This document shows, piece by piece, positions 10,613 through 18,785 of a DNA stretch of 64,000 bases. Within the stretch, counting starts at the first letter, position 1; every line of letters begins with the position of its first letter. Both the position numbers and the translations under genes were made by a program. This DNA comes from Candidatus Gastranaerophilales bacterium. GTDB taxonomy: Bacteria; Cyanobacteriota; Vampirovibrionia; Gastranaerophilales; Gastranaerophilaceae. Below the pieces are notes generated by a model. The model was given only the letters and a program-made list of their open reading frames with translations. It was not told the DNA's origin and ran no database searches. Where the stretch lies: assembly GCA_944325175.1 (NCBI GenBank), contig CALUYZ010000005.1:15484-79483 (forward strand). Direction: 5' to 3'.

Positions 10613-11389
10613 ATGATAAAAAACGGTCCTTGTAAGAGAATTATCCCTTGCCTTGACGTTAAAGACGGTCAAACCGTAAAAGGGGTAAACTTTGAAAACT
10701 TAAAATATGCAGGTAACTGTATCGAACTTGCAAAAAAATACTCAAACGAAGGTGCTGATGAGCTTGTATTTCTTGATATTACAGCGACAAATGAAAAAAG
10801 AAAAACAGTAGTTGAGCTTGTCCATAAGGTTGGGAAAAATGTCTTTATACCCTTTACAGTTGGTGGCGGCATATCCGATATTGATGATATAAGGTGCATT
10901 TTACAGGCGGGTGCAGATAAGGTATCTATCAATTCTGCTGCTGTTAAAAATCCTGATATTATTTCAAAATGCGCTGAATATTTTGGCTCTCAATGCATTG
11001 TAATTGCGATTGATGCCAAAAGAGTCGATGATGATTTTTACGTCTTTATAAATGCAGGCAAAAAGAACTCCGGAAAAAAACTTTTAGATTGGTCAAAAGA
11101 AGTTGAAGAAAAAGGTGCCGGCGAAATTTTATTAACAAGTATGGATTTTGACGGTACACAAAAAGGGTTTGACATTGAAATGCTAAAACAGGTTTCTCAG
11201 GCGGTTAATATACCAGTTATTGCCTCAGGTGGCGCCGGTGCCTACAGTCAGCACTTTATTGATGTCTTTAAGAAAACAAATGTAGATGCCGCTTTGGCTG
11301 CTTCAATTTTTCATTTTAATACTTTGCCTGTATGTGAACTCAAAAAACAATTATTTGATGCAGGCGTTGAAACAAGAAGAATTATTTAA
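10613..11389 (+). CDS. hisF: Imidazole glycerol phosphate synthase cyclase subunit HisF
   Basis: RIIPCLDVKDG...VKGVNF start and (beta/alpha)8 HisF motifs (SINSAAV, LLTSMDFDGT, ASGGAG). Confidence 0.92.
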   Translation: MIKNGPCKRIIPCLDVKDGQTVKGVNFENLKYAGNCIELAKKYSNEGADELVFLDITATNEKRKTVVELVHKVGKNVFIPFTVGGGISDIDDIRCILQAGADKVSINSAAVKNPDIISKCAEYFGSQCIVIAIDAKRVDDDFYVFINAGKKNSGKKLLDWSKEVEEKGAGEILLTSMDFDGTQKGFDIEMLKQVSQAVNIPVIASGGAGAYSQHFIDVFKKTNVDAALAASIFHFNTLPVCELKKQLFDAGVETRRII

Positions 11390-11401
11390 TTTTATTGCAA
11401 T

Positions 11402-11429
11402 AAAAAAGCCGCATATTTTGCGGCTTTTT
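11402..11429. terminator. Bidirectional rho-independent terminator
   Basis: gccgca-tattt-tgcggc stem-loop flanked by an A-run and a T-run, between convergent hisF and the 11447-12301 gene. Confidence 0.75.
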
Positions 11430-11446
11430 CTTTATTAAATTTGGAT

Positions 11447-12301
11447 TTAGCTGAAATACTGGAACGTTCTTTCGATATTTGATTGGATGATTGAATCGAC
11501 TGATTCCATTTCTTGTTCTACTGCTTTTTTCTGTGTTTCGATTTGATTTAATTTATTTTCAAGGCGGGTATCTAATGTGTTAACTTTTGCCATTGCTGTG
11601 TTGTATTCAGCTTGGGCAGCTGCGTCATCTTCCGTATAATATCTGGATGTTACGGTTGATAATGATTCAGGGGTTTTTCTTACGTAAAATTCATCGTTTA
11701 CTTTTAATTCGCCTTCATCATTAGTAACAGTTGAAACTATATGGCTTGTTGAATTAGTATTGTCTGTGTCTGAATTGTCTTGTGTCCATAATTGATATGA
11801 GCCGTTTGCAATGCCGTATTGAATTGGTGTATTGGAGCCGTTTGTATTCATTGCTTCAATTACATTTTGATAATATTTATACAATGCGGGGTTTTCATTT
11901 TTTAAATCATCATTAAATGGCTTTAATTCGCCGCCTACTTCAACTTCATAAGTCATTCCATAGGTTGAATTTCCGTCATCATCACCTGAAGCTGTAGCGG
12001 TTGCCTTTACAATAGGTGTTCCGTTTGAATCTGCAATAATAATGCTTGCAGAGCCAACTCCACCTGTTTGTGCTTTCGCAAGTGCATCAAGTGTCATTGT
12101 TTGTTGCTGTGTTTCACCATTTTCAAATACACGACAGGTATAGATTGTGTTTGTCGTTTTGTCAGAATATTCCTGAGCAATAGTTTCTTGTTCCTGAGCA
12201 AGTAGCAAACGTTCCTGTTCTACATTTTGTGCTTGTAGTTCAAGAGCGTCATTTTTTGCTGTCAGTAATAATAGTCTTGCTTGTGATGCTGCTAAACCCA
12301 T
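11447..12301 (-). CDS. Uncharacterised coiled-coil protein, long member of a three-gene family with conserved termini and an inserted Gly/Thr-rich core
   Basis: The N-terminus MGLAASQARLLLLTAKNDALELQ..QE...LA aligns with MGW..LSLRKM.L.QR...LE.RL...SQE of ORFs 60646 and 61185. The C-terminal LE....IETQ..A...E..S.D...QS also aligns. GGTGG RBS upstream. Confidence 0.7.
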   Translation of the reverse strand: MGLAASQARLLLLTAKNDALELQAQNVEQERLLLAQEQETIAQEYSDKTTNTIYTCRVFENGETQQQTMTLDALAKAQTGGVGSASIIIADSNGTPIVKATATASGDDDGNSTYGMTYEVEVGGELKPFNDDLKNENPALYKYYQNVIEAMNTNGSNTPIQYGIANGSYQLWTQDNSDTDNTNSTSHIVSTVTNDEGELKVNDEFYVRKTPESLSTVTSRYYTEDDAAAQAEYNTAMAKVNTLDTRLENKLNQIETQKKAVEQEMESVDSIIQSNIERTFQYFS

Positions 12302-12370
12302 TTTATACCACCTTTATATTATGTTAATTCTTTTCTTTTAAGGACATATATAGTAATAAAAACTATTTTT

Positions 12371-12420
12371 ATATACGAAATACATAATTTCTATATATTG
12401 TTACATTACTTTACATTTTG
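12371..12420. promoter_or_regulatory. Conserved non-coding block, copy A (matches 60493-60540)
   Basis: Manual ungapped alignment gives about 40 of 48 identical positions, including TATATACGAA and TGTTACATT. Lies 70-120 nt from the start of the 11447-12301 gene. Confidence 0.5.
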
Positions 12421-12641
12421 TTTTTATACCTTTTTTATCCTTACTGCACTATTTTGATACTTTTGTCGTTTTCTTGGTATTGTTAACGACAAAATTTAAA
12501 AAAAACTTTAATCTGATGTTTTTTAGCTTAATATTTTGTAACATCTCTATAATTAATTAAGTCTGATTTACCTAATTCACATAATTGCATGAACTGTTTT
12601 ATTTGAATTATAATAATACTGATATTTTTTATGAGGTGTTT

Positions 12642-13829
12642 ATGTCATCAAAGAAACGTAACATAATTACAATTTTATGTATTTTAGGACTTATTTTAAG
12701 TATAGATTTAGTTTATATATATATAAAAACAAGCTTTTTATCAGGCGCCCCGAAAAGTTTTTGTTCAATTAACAGTTTTATAGACTGTGACGGTGTAGCG
12801 CAGACTGATAAAGCCTTCTTTCTCGGTATTCCTCTTGCCATTTGGGGTGTTATTTTATATATGCTTTTTCTCTTTTTAAATTATGTTGATAAAATTAGAG
12901 AAAAAATTAATTTCCCTTTATTAAATGTTTTTAAAAACCCAAGTTCATATATTGCAAGTATTGGATTATTTTCTTTTTGCATTTCTGTTTCTCTTGCTTG
13001 CGTTTCCCTTTTTAATATTCACAAAATTTGTATTCTTTGTTTTATGACATATTTTATAAATTTCTTTATAGCACTTGTAGCTGTTAAAAAAGACTTTTTT
13101 GTTTCAGATGTCAAAAATACTGTTTTTGATTTTATTCAAGGGGTTAAAGAGTATACCACACTGTTTTTAGTTGTGCTTCTTTTTGGTGTATTGACGCTTG
13201 GATATTTTCAACAGTCTTTAATATTGGCACCTATTGTTAAAGCTAATAAATCCTTAAAAGAATTTAGTGAGCTAAAAAGCAATATTTATGCAACTTCAGG
13301 AAACACTTTAGGTAACCCCGAGGGTGATGTTTCCATATTTGTTTACGGAGATTTTATGTGTCCTTTCTGTAAGGTCATGAATATCATGCTTCATAAACTT
13401 GTTATTGATGATAAAAATGTAGCTGTGTATCATGTTAATTTTCCTCTTGATTCAGCTTGCAACCCTACTGTTAAAGTTCAGGTGCATCCCGGTTCTTGCA
13501 TTTTATCTAAATATGCATTGGCTGCTCAAAATCAAGGAAATTATTGGGGCATGGTTTCAGGTATATATAACACATTGCCTAACAATGAGAAAGAAATTAT
13601 TCAAATTGGTAAATCAATCGGTTTAGATACCAAAAAACTATACAACGATGCTCATTCTAAACAAATTGACGAATATCTTGAAAATCAAGTTTACAGAGGT
13701 ATTAATGAAAAATTAGTCGGAACGCCTACTATTATTATTGACGGTATTCCTCATTCTGAAGTTATGCCTTATTTTAAAATTCAAGAGCTTGTTAAACAAT
13801 CAAGAGAACGTCATGCCAAACAAAAATAA
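12642..13829 (+). CDS. VKOR (vitamin K epoxide reductase-like) membrane domain fused to a DsbA/thioredoxin-like domain
   Basis: VKOR loop cysteines CSINSFIDC and the CILC active site lie within a multi-TM N-half. The C-half has thioredoxin-fold CPFC. Start moved to the ATG preceded by GAGGTG; the ORF extends to 12585. Confidence 0.8.
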   Translation: MSSKKRNIITILCILGLILSIDLVYIYIKTSFLSGAPKSFCSINSFIDCDGVAQTDKAFFLGIPLAIWGVILYMLFLFLNYVDKIREKINFPLLNVFKNPSSYIASIGLFSFCISVSLACVSLFNIHKICILCFMTYFINFFIALVAVKKDFFVSDVKNTVFDFIQGVKEYTTLFLVVLLFGVLTLGYFQQSLILAPIVKANKSLKEFSELKSNIYATSGNTLGNPEGDVSIFVYGDFMCPFCKVMNIMLHKLVIDDKNVAVYHVNFPLDSACNPTVKVQVHPGSCILSKYALAAQNQGNYWGMVSGIYNTLPNNEKEIIQIGKSIGLDTKKLYNDAHSKQIDEYLENQVYRGINEKLVGTPTIIIDGIPHSEVMPYFKIQELVKQSRERHAKQK

Positions 13830-14355
13830 CATTTTGGTTCATGCCTGCTGCGGTGTTTGTTTTTCTTATCCGTTAATTCTTTTGAGAGAATTAGGGTATG
13901 AACCTATAGTGTACTTTGCTAATCCTAATATATACCCTGAAGATGAGTTTCAAAGGCGGTTTTTAGAACTTGAAAAATATTGTAAGGCTAATAATGTTCA
14001 GCTTGTGAAAGAGGAATATTCTCATAATACTTTTTTAAATGCCATAAAGGGGCTTGAAATGCTGCCTGAAAAAAGCGAAAGATGCAAAAAATGCTTTTAT
14101 TTAAGGCTTTCAAGCGCTGCCATATTTGCCAAAAAAAGCGGTATAGATAAAGTTACAACAACTTTATCCGTTTCGCCTCATAAAATATCAAAAGATATAT
14201 TTGAAATGGGAAAAAAGGCATGTTTATTATATGGGGTCGAGTTTTTGGAATTTGACTTTAAGAAAAAAGACGGCTTTAAAAAAACTTCTAAAATTGCTTA
14301 TGAGTTTGGAATGTATCGCCAGAGATATTGTGGCTGCGAATTTAGTTTAAGATAA
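13813..14355 (+). CDS. queH: Epoxyqueuosine reductase QueH (DUF208)
   Basis: Conserved cysteines HACCGVC, CKKCFYLR and YCGCEFS, typical of QueH. ATG at 13813 overlaps the upstream stop by 17 nt. Confidence 0.8.
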   Translation: MPNKNNILVHACCGVCFSYPLILLRELGYEPIVYFANPNIYPEDEFQRRFLELEKYCKANNVQLVKEEYSHNTFLNAIKGLEMLPEKSERCKKCFYLRLSSAAIFAKKSGIDKVTTTLSVSPHKISKDIFEMGKKACLLYGVEFLEFDFKKKDGFKKTSKIAYEFGMYRQRYCGCEFSLR

Positions 14356-14548
14356 AAAATTTGTATATAATTTTTGTTTCTGTTATTATAATTTAGCTAA
14401 AGGTTTGAAGCAAAAAAATTGTTTCACGTGTTTTAACAATTTACTTCAAACACGATCTGTCGGTTAGAGAATACATTAGAGAATATTTTTTGAATTAGAG
14501 AATATTAAACAAGTTTATTTTTTCATACTACAATTTTCTTTTCGTTAC

Positions 14549-14577
14549 GACGCTTGAACAATCCCAAGCGTCTTTTC
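14549..14577 (+). terminator. Rho-independent terminator (plus-strand polarity)
   Basis: gacgcttg-aacaatcc-caagcgtc followed by TTTTCTT. The T-run overlaps the comEC stop on the other strand. Confidence 0.65.
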
Positions 14578-17127
14578 TTATTTATACTCTACAAATTTTT
14601 CATTCTGAAAAATATAAGGGGTTATTTTATCTTCTTTAATTTTAAACTTAATTGCGCCCGTTTCTTTTGTGTTAAGAACTTTAGAATAATTTCTATAAAG
14701 GTCTACGGTTTCTTTGTTTGGATGATTATAAGGATTTTTTCCCGTTAAAATTACCGTATATTTTGGCTTTAATCTATTGAGCATTTTTCTGTCTGCCGTT
14801 CGTTTTGCACCATGGTGAGATGCTTTTAGAATGTCTATATTTTTGGGCATAAACTTTTCGATTGAATGAAAACTTTTGGTCGGCACATCTGCAAGAAATA
14901 AAAATTTTAAATTTCCGTATTTTACAAAAGTCACAGTCGATGAATCATTTTTTGACAGTTTGTTTTCAGATTTTGGAACATAATTTACAATTTCAACATC
15001 TTTGTATGAAAATTTCTGTTTTGTATATGGAATTATGTAGTTAACTTTATTTTTCTCTATGTAATTTTTAATATTGCAAGAATTTTTGGAATTACATTCA
15101 AGTTTTGGTATAACAAGCTTGTTAACTTTTATTTCTTCCAATAAATTAATTAAACCGCCCGAGTGGTCTGCATCGTAGTGGGTTACGATTAAAAGTTCTA
15201 TTTCTTTTATATTTTTGTCGTAAAGATATTCCAATGTTATTCTTTTTGCACTCGAAGAATCAGGATAGATAAACCTTCCCGTATCAATCATTATGTATTT
15301 ATTGTCTTTTGTTTTAATTAAACAATTATCTGCATTGCCTGAATCGAAGAATATAATTTCACCATTATTGCAGTCAAATTTTGCAAGCGAAAATGTAAAT
15401 ATTATAAAAACTATTATTAATAATTGATTCAAATATTTATTTTTAAACAAATGTTTTATTGAAACAAAAAGAACGGTTATAAAAAGATAATAAAAAATTA
15501 TTTGTACAATATCGGGTGACGGAACTTTTATTATTGAATTATTTAGTGAAGAAAAATAATTTGAAATATTTAAAATTATCTGAATCATAAAATTTAAAAT
15601 AATGTCAAAAATCGGTATTATATAATCTGAAACAATCGGTATAAAACAAAAGGCGGAAGATATAAACCCTAAAAAGCTTACTATTCCTATAAATGGCACC
15701 ACTGCTATGTTTGCTAAAATTGAATATATTGAAAAAGTGTTAAAATAATACGCCTGCAATGGCGATGCCCAAATTTGCGCAACAAAAGGCACCATTATAA
15801 TACAAGTAACAGAAATTGGCGAAAACATCATAAGAAAATATTTAACAATTTTATTATAAGGTTTTATCTTTTTGATATATTTTCTTTCTTTTTCTTCAAG
15901 ATTTTTAGTTAAGCTCGGAATACATATTAATAAACCAAGTGTTACAAGAAATGAAAGCTGAAATGCTACATCATTTATAAATTCCGGTTTAAAAATTAAA
16001 ATAAGCAAGCCTGCCATAAATATTAAAGAAATGCCGTTTGCTTCTCTGTAGATAAATTTACCGATTAAAATAAGAATAAGCATAACGGATGCTCTTACAA
16101 TAGAGGGTGGAAAACCTGTCATCATCATATATAGCATAACAATAAAAAGACCTGATAAAATCTTTAATCTGTAGTGAATATTTATAAAATGCACTACATA
16201 AAGCCACATAGAAAGAATTAATGCCACGTTTAAACCCGAAGCTGCAAGTAAATGCAGCAAACCTGAATTTATAAAAGATTCCCTTACTTCATCCGGCGGG
16301 TTTATTGCGTCATCTCCAAAAACAATTCCGCCCAAAATTTCTAAATTAGGCGAGCGAACGTATTTGCCATGGGTTTGTATGATTTTATCCCTTAAATCGT
16401 TCATATTTCTTGTAAAGCACAAGTTGAAATAATTTAATTTGTTTATAAAGCCTTCTTTTCTTCTAAGTTCTTTTATGTTGGGAGATTGAATTAAACTGTA
16501 TTCTTTTGCATAAAAAGTTTTTAAAATTCCCTTGTTGTTTAAGAATTTTTGATAATTAAATTGCGAGGGGTTTGTTGCTTTTGTTGGTGTTGTTAATATG
16601 CCGTTTGCTTTTATTTTGTCCCCGTATTTTGGAATATAGTTATCTTTATTAACTTTTATTGTTGCAAGAATTTTTGTTTTCTCAATTTTGTATGTTTTAC
16701 CTTGTATATCAATTTTTTCCACATCAAGAGGAAACTTGCAGCTTTTATTCTTTTCTTTGCAAGTTGGAATATTTGCAACCGTGCCGTTTATTTCCGTATT
16801 CTTAACAGTTTCTATTCCGTAAAAATCGTCATAAACCGTATAATTTGACTTTGCGCAAAGAAATCCGAAACAAAATAAGAAGTATATAAAAACAATAAAA
16901 GTGGAAGAAATGTATCTCTTGTTCTCTTTTAAAAATAATTGAAAAATTAAAATTAAAAGAATTAAAGCCGTAAATATATTAGCTATAATTAATTTTTCAC
17001 CCGAATAAAAAGCAATTAAACCCATTGTGTAAGATGTAAATAAGACAATACAAATTAAGGGCTTATTTTCTTTTAGGTTAAGTAAAAAATCTTTCAGCAT
17101 AAAATATTTATCCCATATCAATGCCAC
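14578..17127 (-). CDS. comEC: DNA internalisation competence protein ComEC/Rec2 with C-terminal metallo-beta-lactamase domain
   Basis: Polytopic membrane core with the LLAASGLNVALI competence-domain motif. C-terminal MBL motif HYDADHSGG and SHHG. Confidence 0.88.
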   Translation of the reverse strand: MALIWDKYFMLKDFLLNLKENKPLICIVLFTSYTMGLIAFYSGEKLIIANIFTALILLILIFQLFLKENKRYISSTFIVFIYFLFCFGFLCAKSNYTVYDDFYGIETVKNTEINGTVANIPTCKEKNKSCKFPLDVEKIDIQGKTYKIEKTKILATIKVNKDNYIPKYGDKIKANGILTTPTKATNPSQFNYQKFLNNKGILKTFYAKEYSLIQSPNIKELRRKEGFINKLNYFNLCFTRNMNDLRDKIIQTHGKYVRSPNLEILGGIVFGDDAINPPDEVRESFINSGLLHLLAASGLNVALILSMWLYVVHFINIHYRLKILSGLFIVMLYMMMTGFPPSIVRASVMLILILIGKFIYREANGISLIFMAGLLILIFKPEFINDVAFQLSFLVTLGLLICIPSLTKNLEEKERKYIKKIKPYNKIVKYFLMMFSPISVTCIIMVPFVAQIWASPLQAYYFNTFSIYSILANIAVVPFIGIVSFLGFISSAFCFIPIVSDYIIPIFDIILNFMIQIILNISNYFSSLNNSIIKVPSPDIVQIIFYYLFITVLFVSIKHLFKNKYLNQLLIIVFIIFTFSLAKFDCNNGEIIFFDSGNADNCLIKTKDNKYIMIDTGRFIYPDSSSAKRITLEYLYDKNIKEIELLIVTHYDADHSGGLINLLEEIKVNKLVIPKLECNSKNSCNIKNYIEKNKVNYIIPYTKQKFSYKDVEIVNYVPKSENKLSKNDSSTVTFVKYGNLKFLFLADVPTKSFHSIEKFMPKNIDILKASHHGAKRTADRKMLNRLKPKYTVILTGKNPYNHPNKETVDLYRNYSKVLNTKETGAIKFKIKEDKITPYIFQNEKFVEYK

Positions 17128-17170
17128 TTTTGATAAGGTTTGTTAATTTTTGTTAACTTATTTTTTTTAA

Positions 17171-17244
17171 AAAAGTCAATTTTATATAAAGTATATACTT
17201 TATATATGTAACGAGAGATAATTTTTTACCAGAGGAGAGTAAAA
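17171..17244 (+). promoter_or_regulatory. Conserved promoter/leader block, copy 1 (matches 60551-60645)
   Basis: AAAAG(T/G)CAATTTTA..AAAGTATAT..TTTATATA..TGTA(A)CGAGAGAT shared with the region upstream of ORF 60646. About 42 identical positions over ~50 nt with three short gaps, then a TTACnAnAGnAGAG-like leader. Confidence 0.6.
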
Positions 17245-18729
17245 ATGACACATGTAAGTACTATTAAAACAAATACCCAAACAATGACGCCTGAAGCTTT
17301 GCAAGAAGCTATAAGAAACGGCAGCATTGATTCAACCAAAATAACAGATGTTTCAGTATTTTCACAATCAGCCGATACTTCACAATGTTCTGACGGCAAA
17401 GATGACGGTAAAATCGGCTTCTTTGATGCACTCGGAAGCACTTTAAAAGGTGCTGTGGATGGCGTTGTAAACGGTATCAAAGGTTGCTTTTTTGATGAAA
17501 ACGGTAACTTTAGCTTAGGTAACACTTTAAAAACAGCTTTAACCGTTGGCGCATGCTTTATCCCCGGTGTTGGTCCTGTTATTGCAACCGGTTTATGTGC
17601 CTATGGTGCAGTCAAAGGCGGTGTTGGAATTGCTAAAGGTGTTGCAGCTGCTGCAAGTGCCGAAACAGACGCTGAAGCAAAAGCAGCATTTGAATCAATC
17701 GGTGCAAACGGTGTTGCTACAGCTGCATCAGCAGTTGGTCTTAAAGCCTCTGCAAGTGCGTTGGCATCAAATGTAACAGGCAGCGCTACAGGCAGCACTC
17801 TTAAAAACTTAGGTTCTGTTAAAAATGCAGTAACAAAATCATTTAAAACAGGAAACGGCATTACGGATAAATTAGCAAATGCAGCTGATACACTGACAGG
17901 CGGCTACTATGGCTCAGCTTGGAATAGTGCAACAGGCTCTACAGTTCAAAAATTAGGTCAAGTTGCTCAATCTTCTCTAAAAGATACAGGCGCAAATATC
18001 TATAAAGCTTATGATGTAACTAAAAATACAATAAAAGATAAAACAGCTAAAATTACCAAAAAGAAAACTGATTCAAATCTTACTTCAGAAACGGTAATTA
18101 CTGATAGCTCAGCTAATGCAAAAACGACTACAAAAACAAAAAATGTTTCAGATTTACCTGAAGATATTCAACAATCAATTAAAGACGGAAACTCAACCGG
18201 TCATATAGACAATAATACGACTTACAAAACTGTTGGTGACGGCAAAGTTGAAGTTACAACAACAACTCCCGGAAAAGTAAAAACAACTTATAATACAGAA
18301 TTACTTAAAGACCAATCTAAAGCAGTTCAAAAAGAAGTTGGCAAACTTTCAGCCGGTCAATCAACAAACATTAAGGGTAAAACATATACAAACTTAGGTG
18401 ACGGATATGTTGAAATTACAACTTCAAAAAATCTTGGTCTTGCCGGCGAAACGCTTTATAATCTTGAAAACGCTGCAACGGTAAATGGTTATCAAGGTTT
18501 AACTTCAAATGGCGGAAATGTTAAAGCTGCTGTTGGTGCATTATCTTCAAACGCTCTTAATAATTCTGCGGATGAAATTGAAAATCAAATTCCTTATGCA
18601 TCTCAAACATTTGCGACGGTTGATATTCAATCAGGTTATGAATATGACTTACAAGATTACACAATAATGGATGAAGATCAAGTTAACGAAAGCTATTCTC
18701 AAATTATGGCAAATGCATACGGGCTGTAA
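17245..18729 (+). CDS. Gly/Ala/Thr/Ser-rich hypothetical protein with a glycine-zipper-like hydrophobic segment
   Basis: GGAGAG RBS and a long open frame. Residues ~95-135 (ALTVGACFIPGVGPVIATGLCAYGAVKGGVGIAKG) are small-residue rich. Internal duplicated TYKTVGDGKVEVTTT / TYTNLGDGYVEITTS. No family recognised. Confidence 0.65.
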   Translation: MTHVSTIKTNTQTMTPEALQEAIRNGSIDSTKITDVSVFSQSADTSQCSDGKDDGKIGFFDALGSTLKGAVDGVVNGIKGCFFDENGNFSLGNTLKTALTVGACFIPGVGPVIATGLCAYGAVKGGVGIAKGVAAAASAETDAEAKAAFESIGANGVATAASAVGLKASASALASNVTGSATGSTLKNLGSVKNAVTKSFKTGNGITDKLANAADTLTGGYYGSAWNSATGSTVQKLGQVAQSSLKDTGANIYKAYDVTKNTIKDKTAKITKKKTDSNLTSETVITDSSANAKTTTKTKNVSDLPEDIQQSIKDGNSTGHIDNNTTYKTVGDGKVEVTTTTPGKVKTTYNTELLKDQSKAVQKEVGKLSAGQSTNIKGKTYTNLGDGYVEITTSKNLGLAGETLYNLENAATVNGYQGLTSNGGNVKAAVGALSSNALNNSADEIENQIPYASQTFATVDIQSGYEYDLQDYTIMDEDQVNESYSQIMANAYGL

Positions 18730-18755
18730 TTTAAAATATACTCTCCTCATAAATT

Positions 18756-18785
18756 AACAGGGCTTAAATTAAGCCCTGTTTTTTA
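18756..18785 (+). terminator. Rho-independent terminator
   Basis: aacagggctta-aat-taagccctgtt followed by TTTT. Confidence 0.8.

Noticed and set aside
11447-12301. Calling the coiled-coil family flagellins
   Set aside because: Only the conserved-ends/variable-middle logic and a loose LSL..LTQ resemblance are shared. The flagellin N-terminal GLRINSAKDDAAG-type motif and the C-terminal signature are absent, the short members are only 160 aa, and no flagellar genes are nearby.
13813-13829. 17-nt gene overlaps (13813-13829, 24051-24067) as frameshifts or pseudogenes
   Set aside because: Both partners have intact full-length frames with family motifs. Short overlaps are normal operon organisation.
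17171-17220. Assigning the shared promoter block to sigma-28 (TAAA-N15-GCCGATAA) or sigma-54 (GG-N10-GC)
   Set aside because: The TAAA to CGAGAGAT spacing is ~20 nt in one copy and ~25 nt in the other. The -24/-12 dinucleotides are not at the required spacing. No sigma class can be named from sequence alone.
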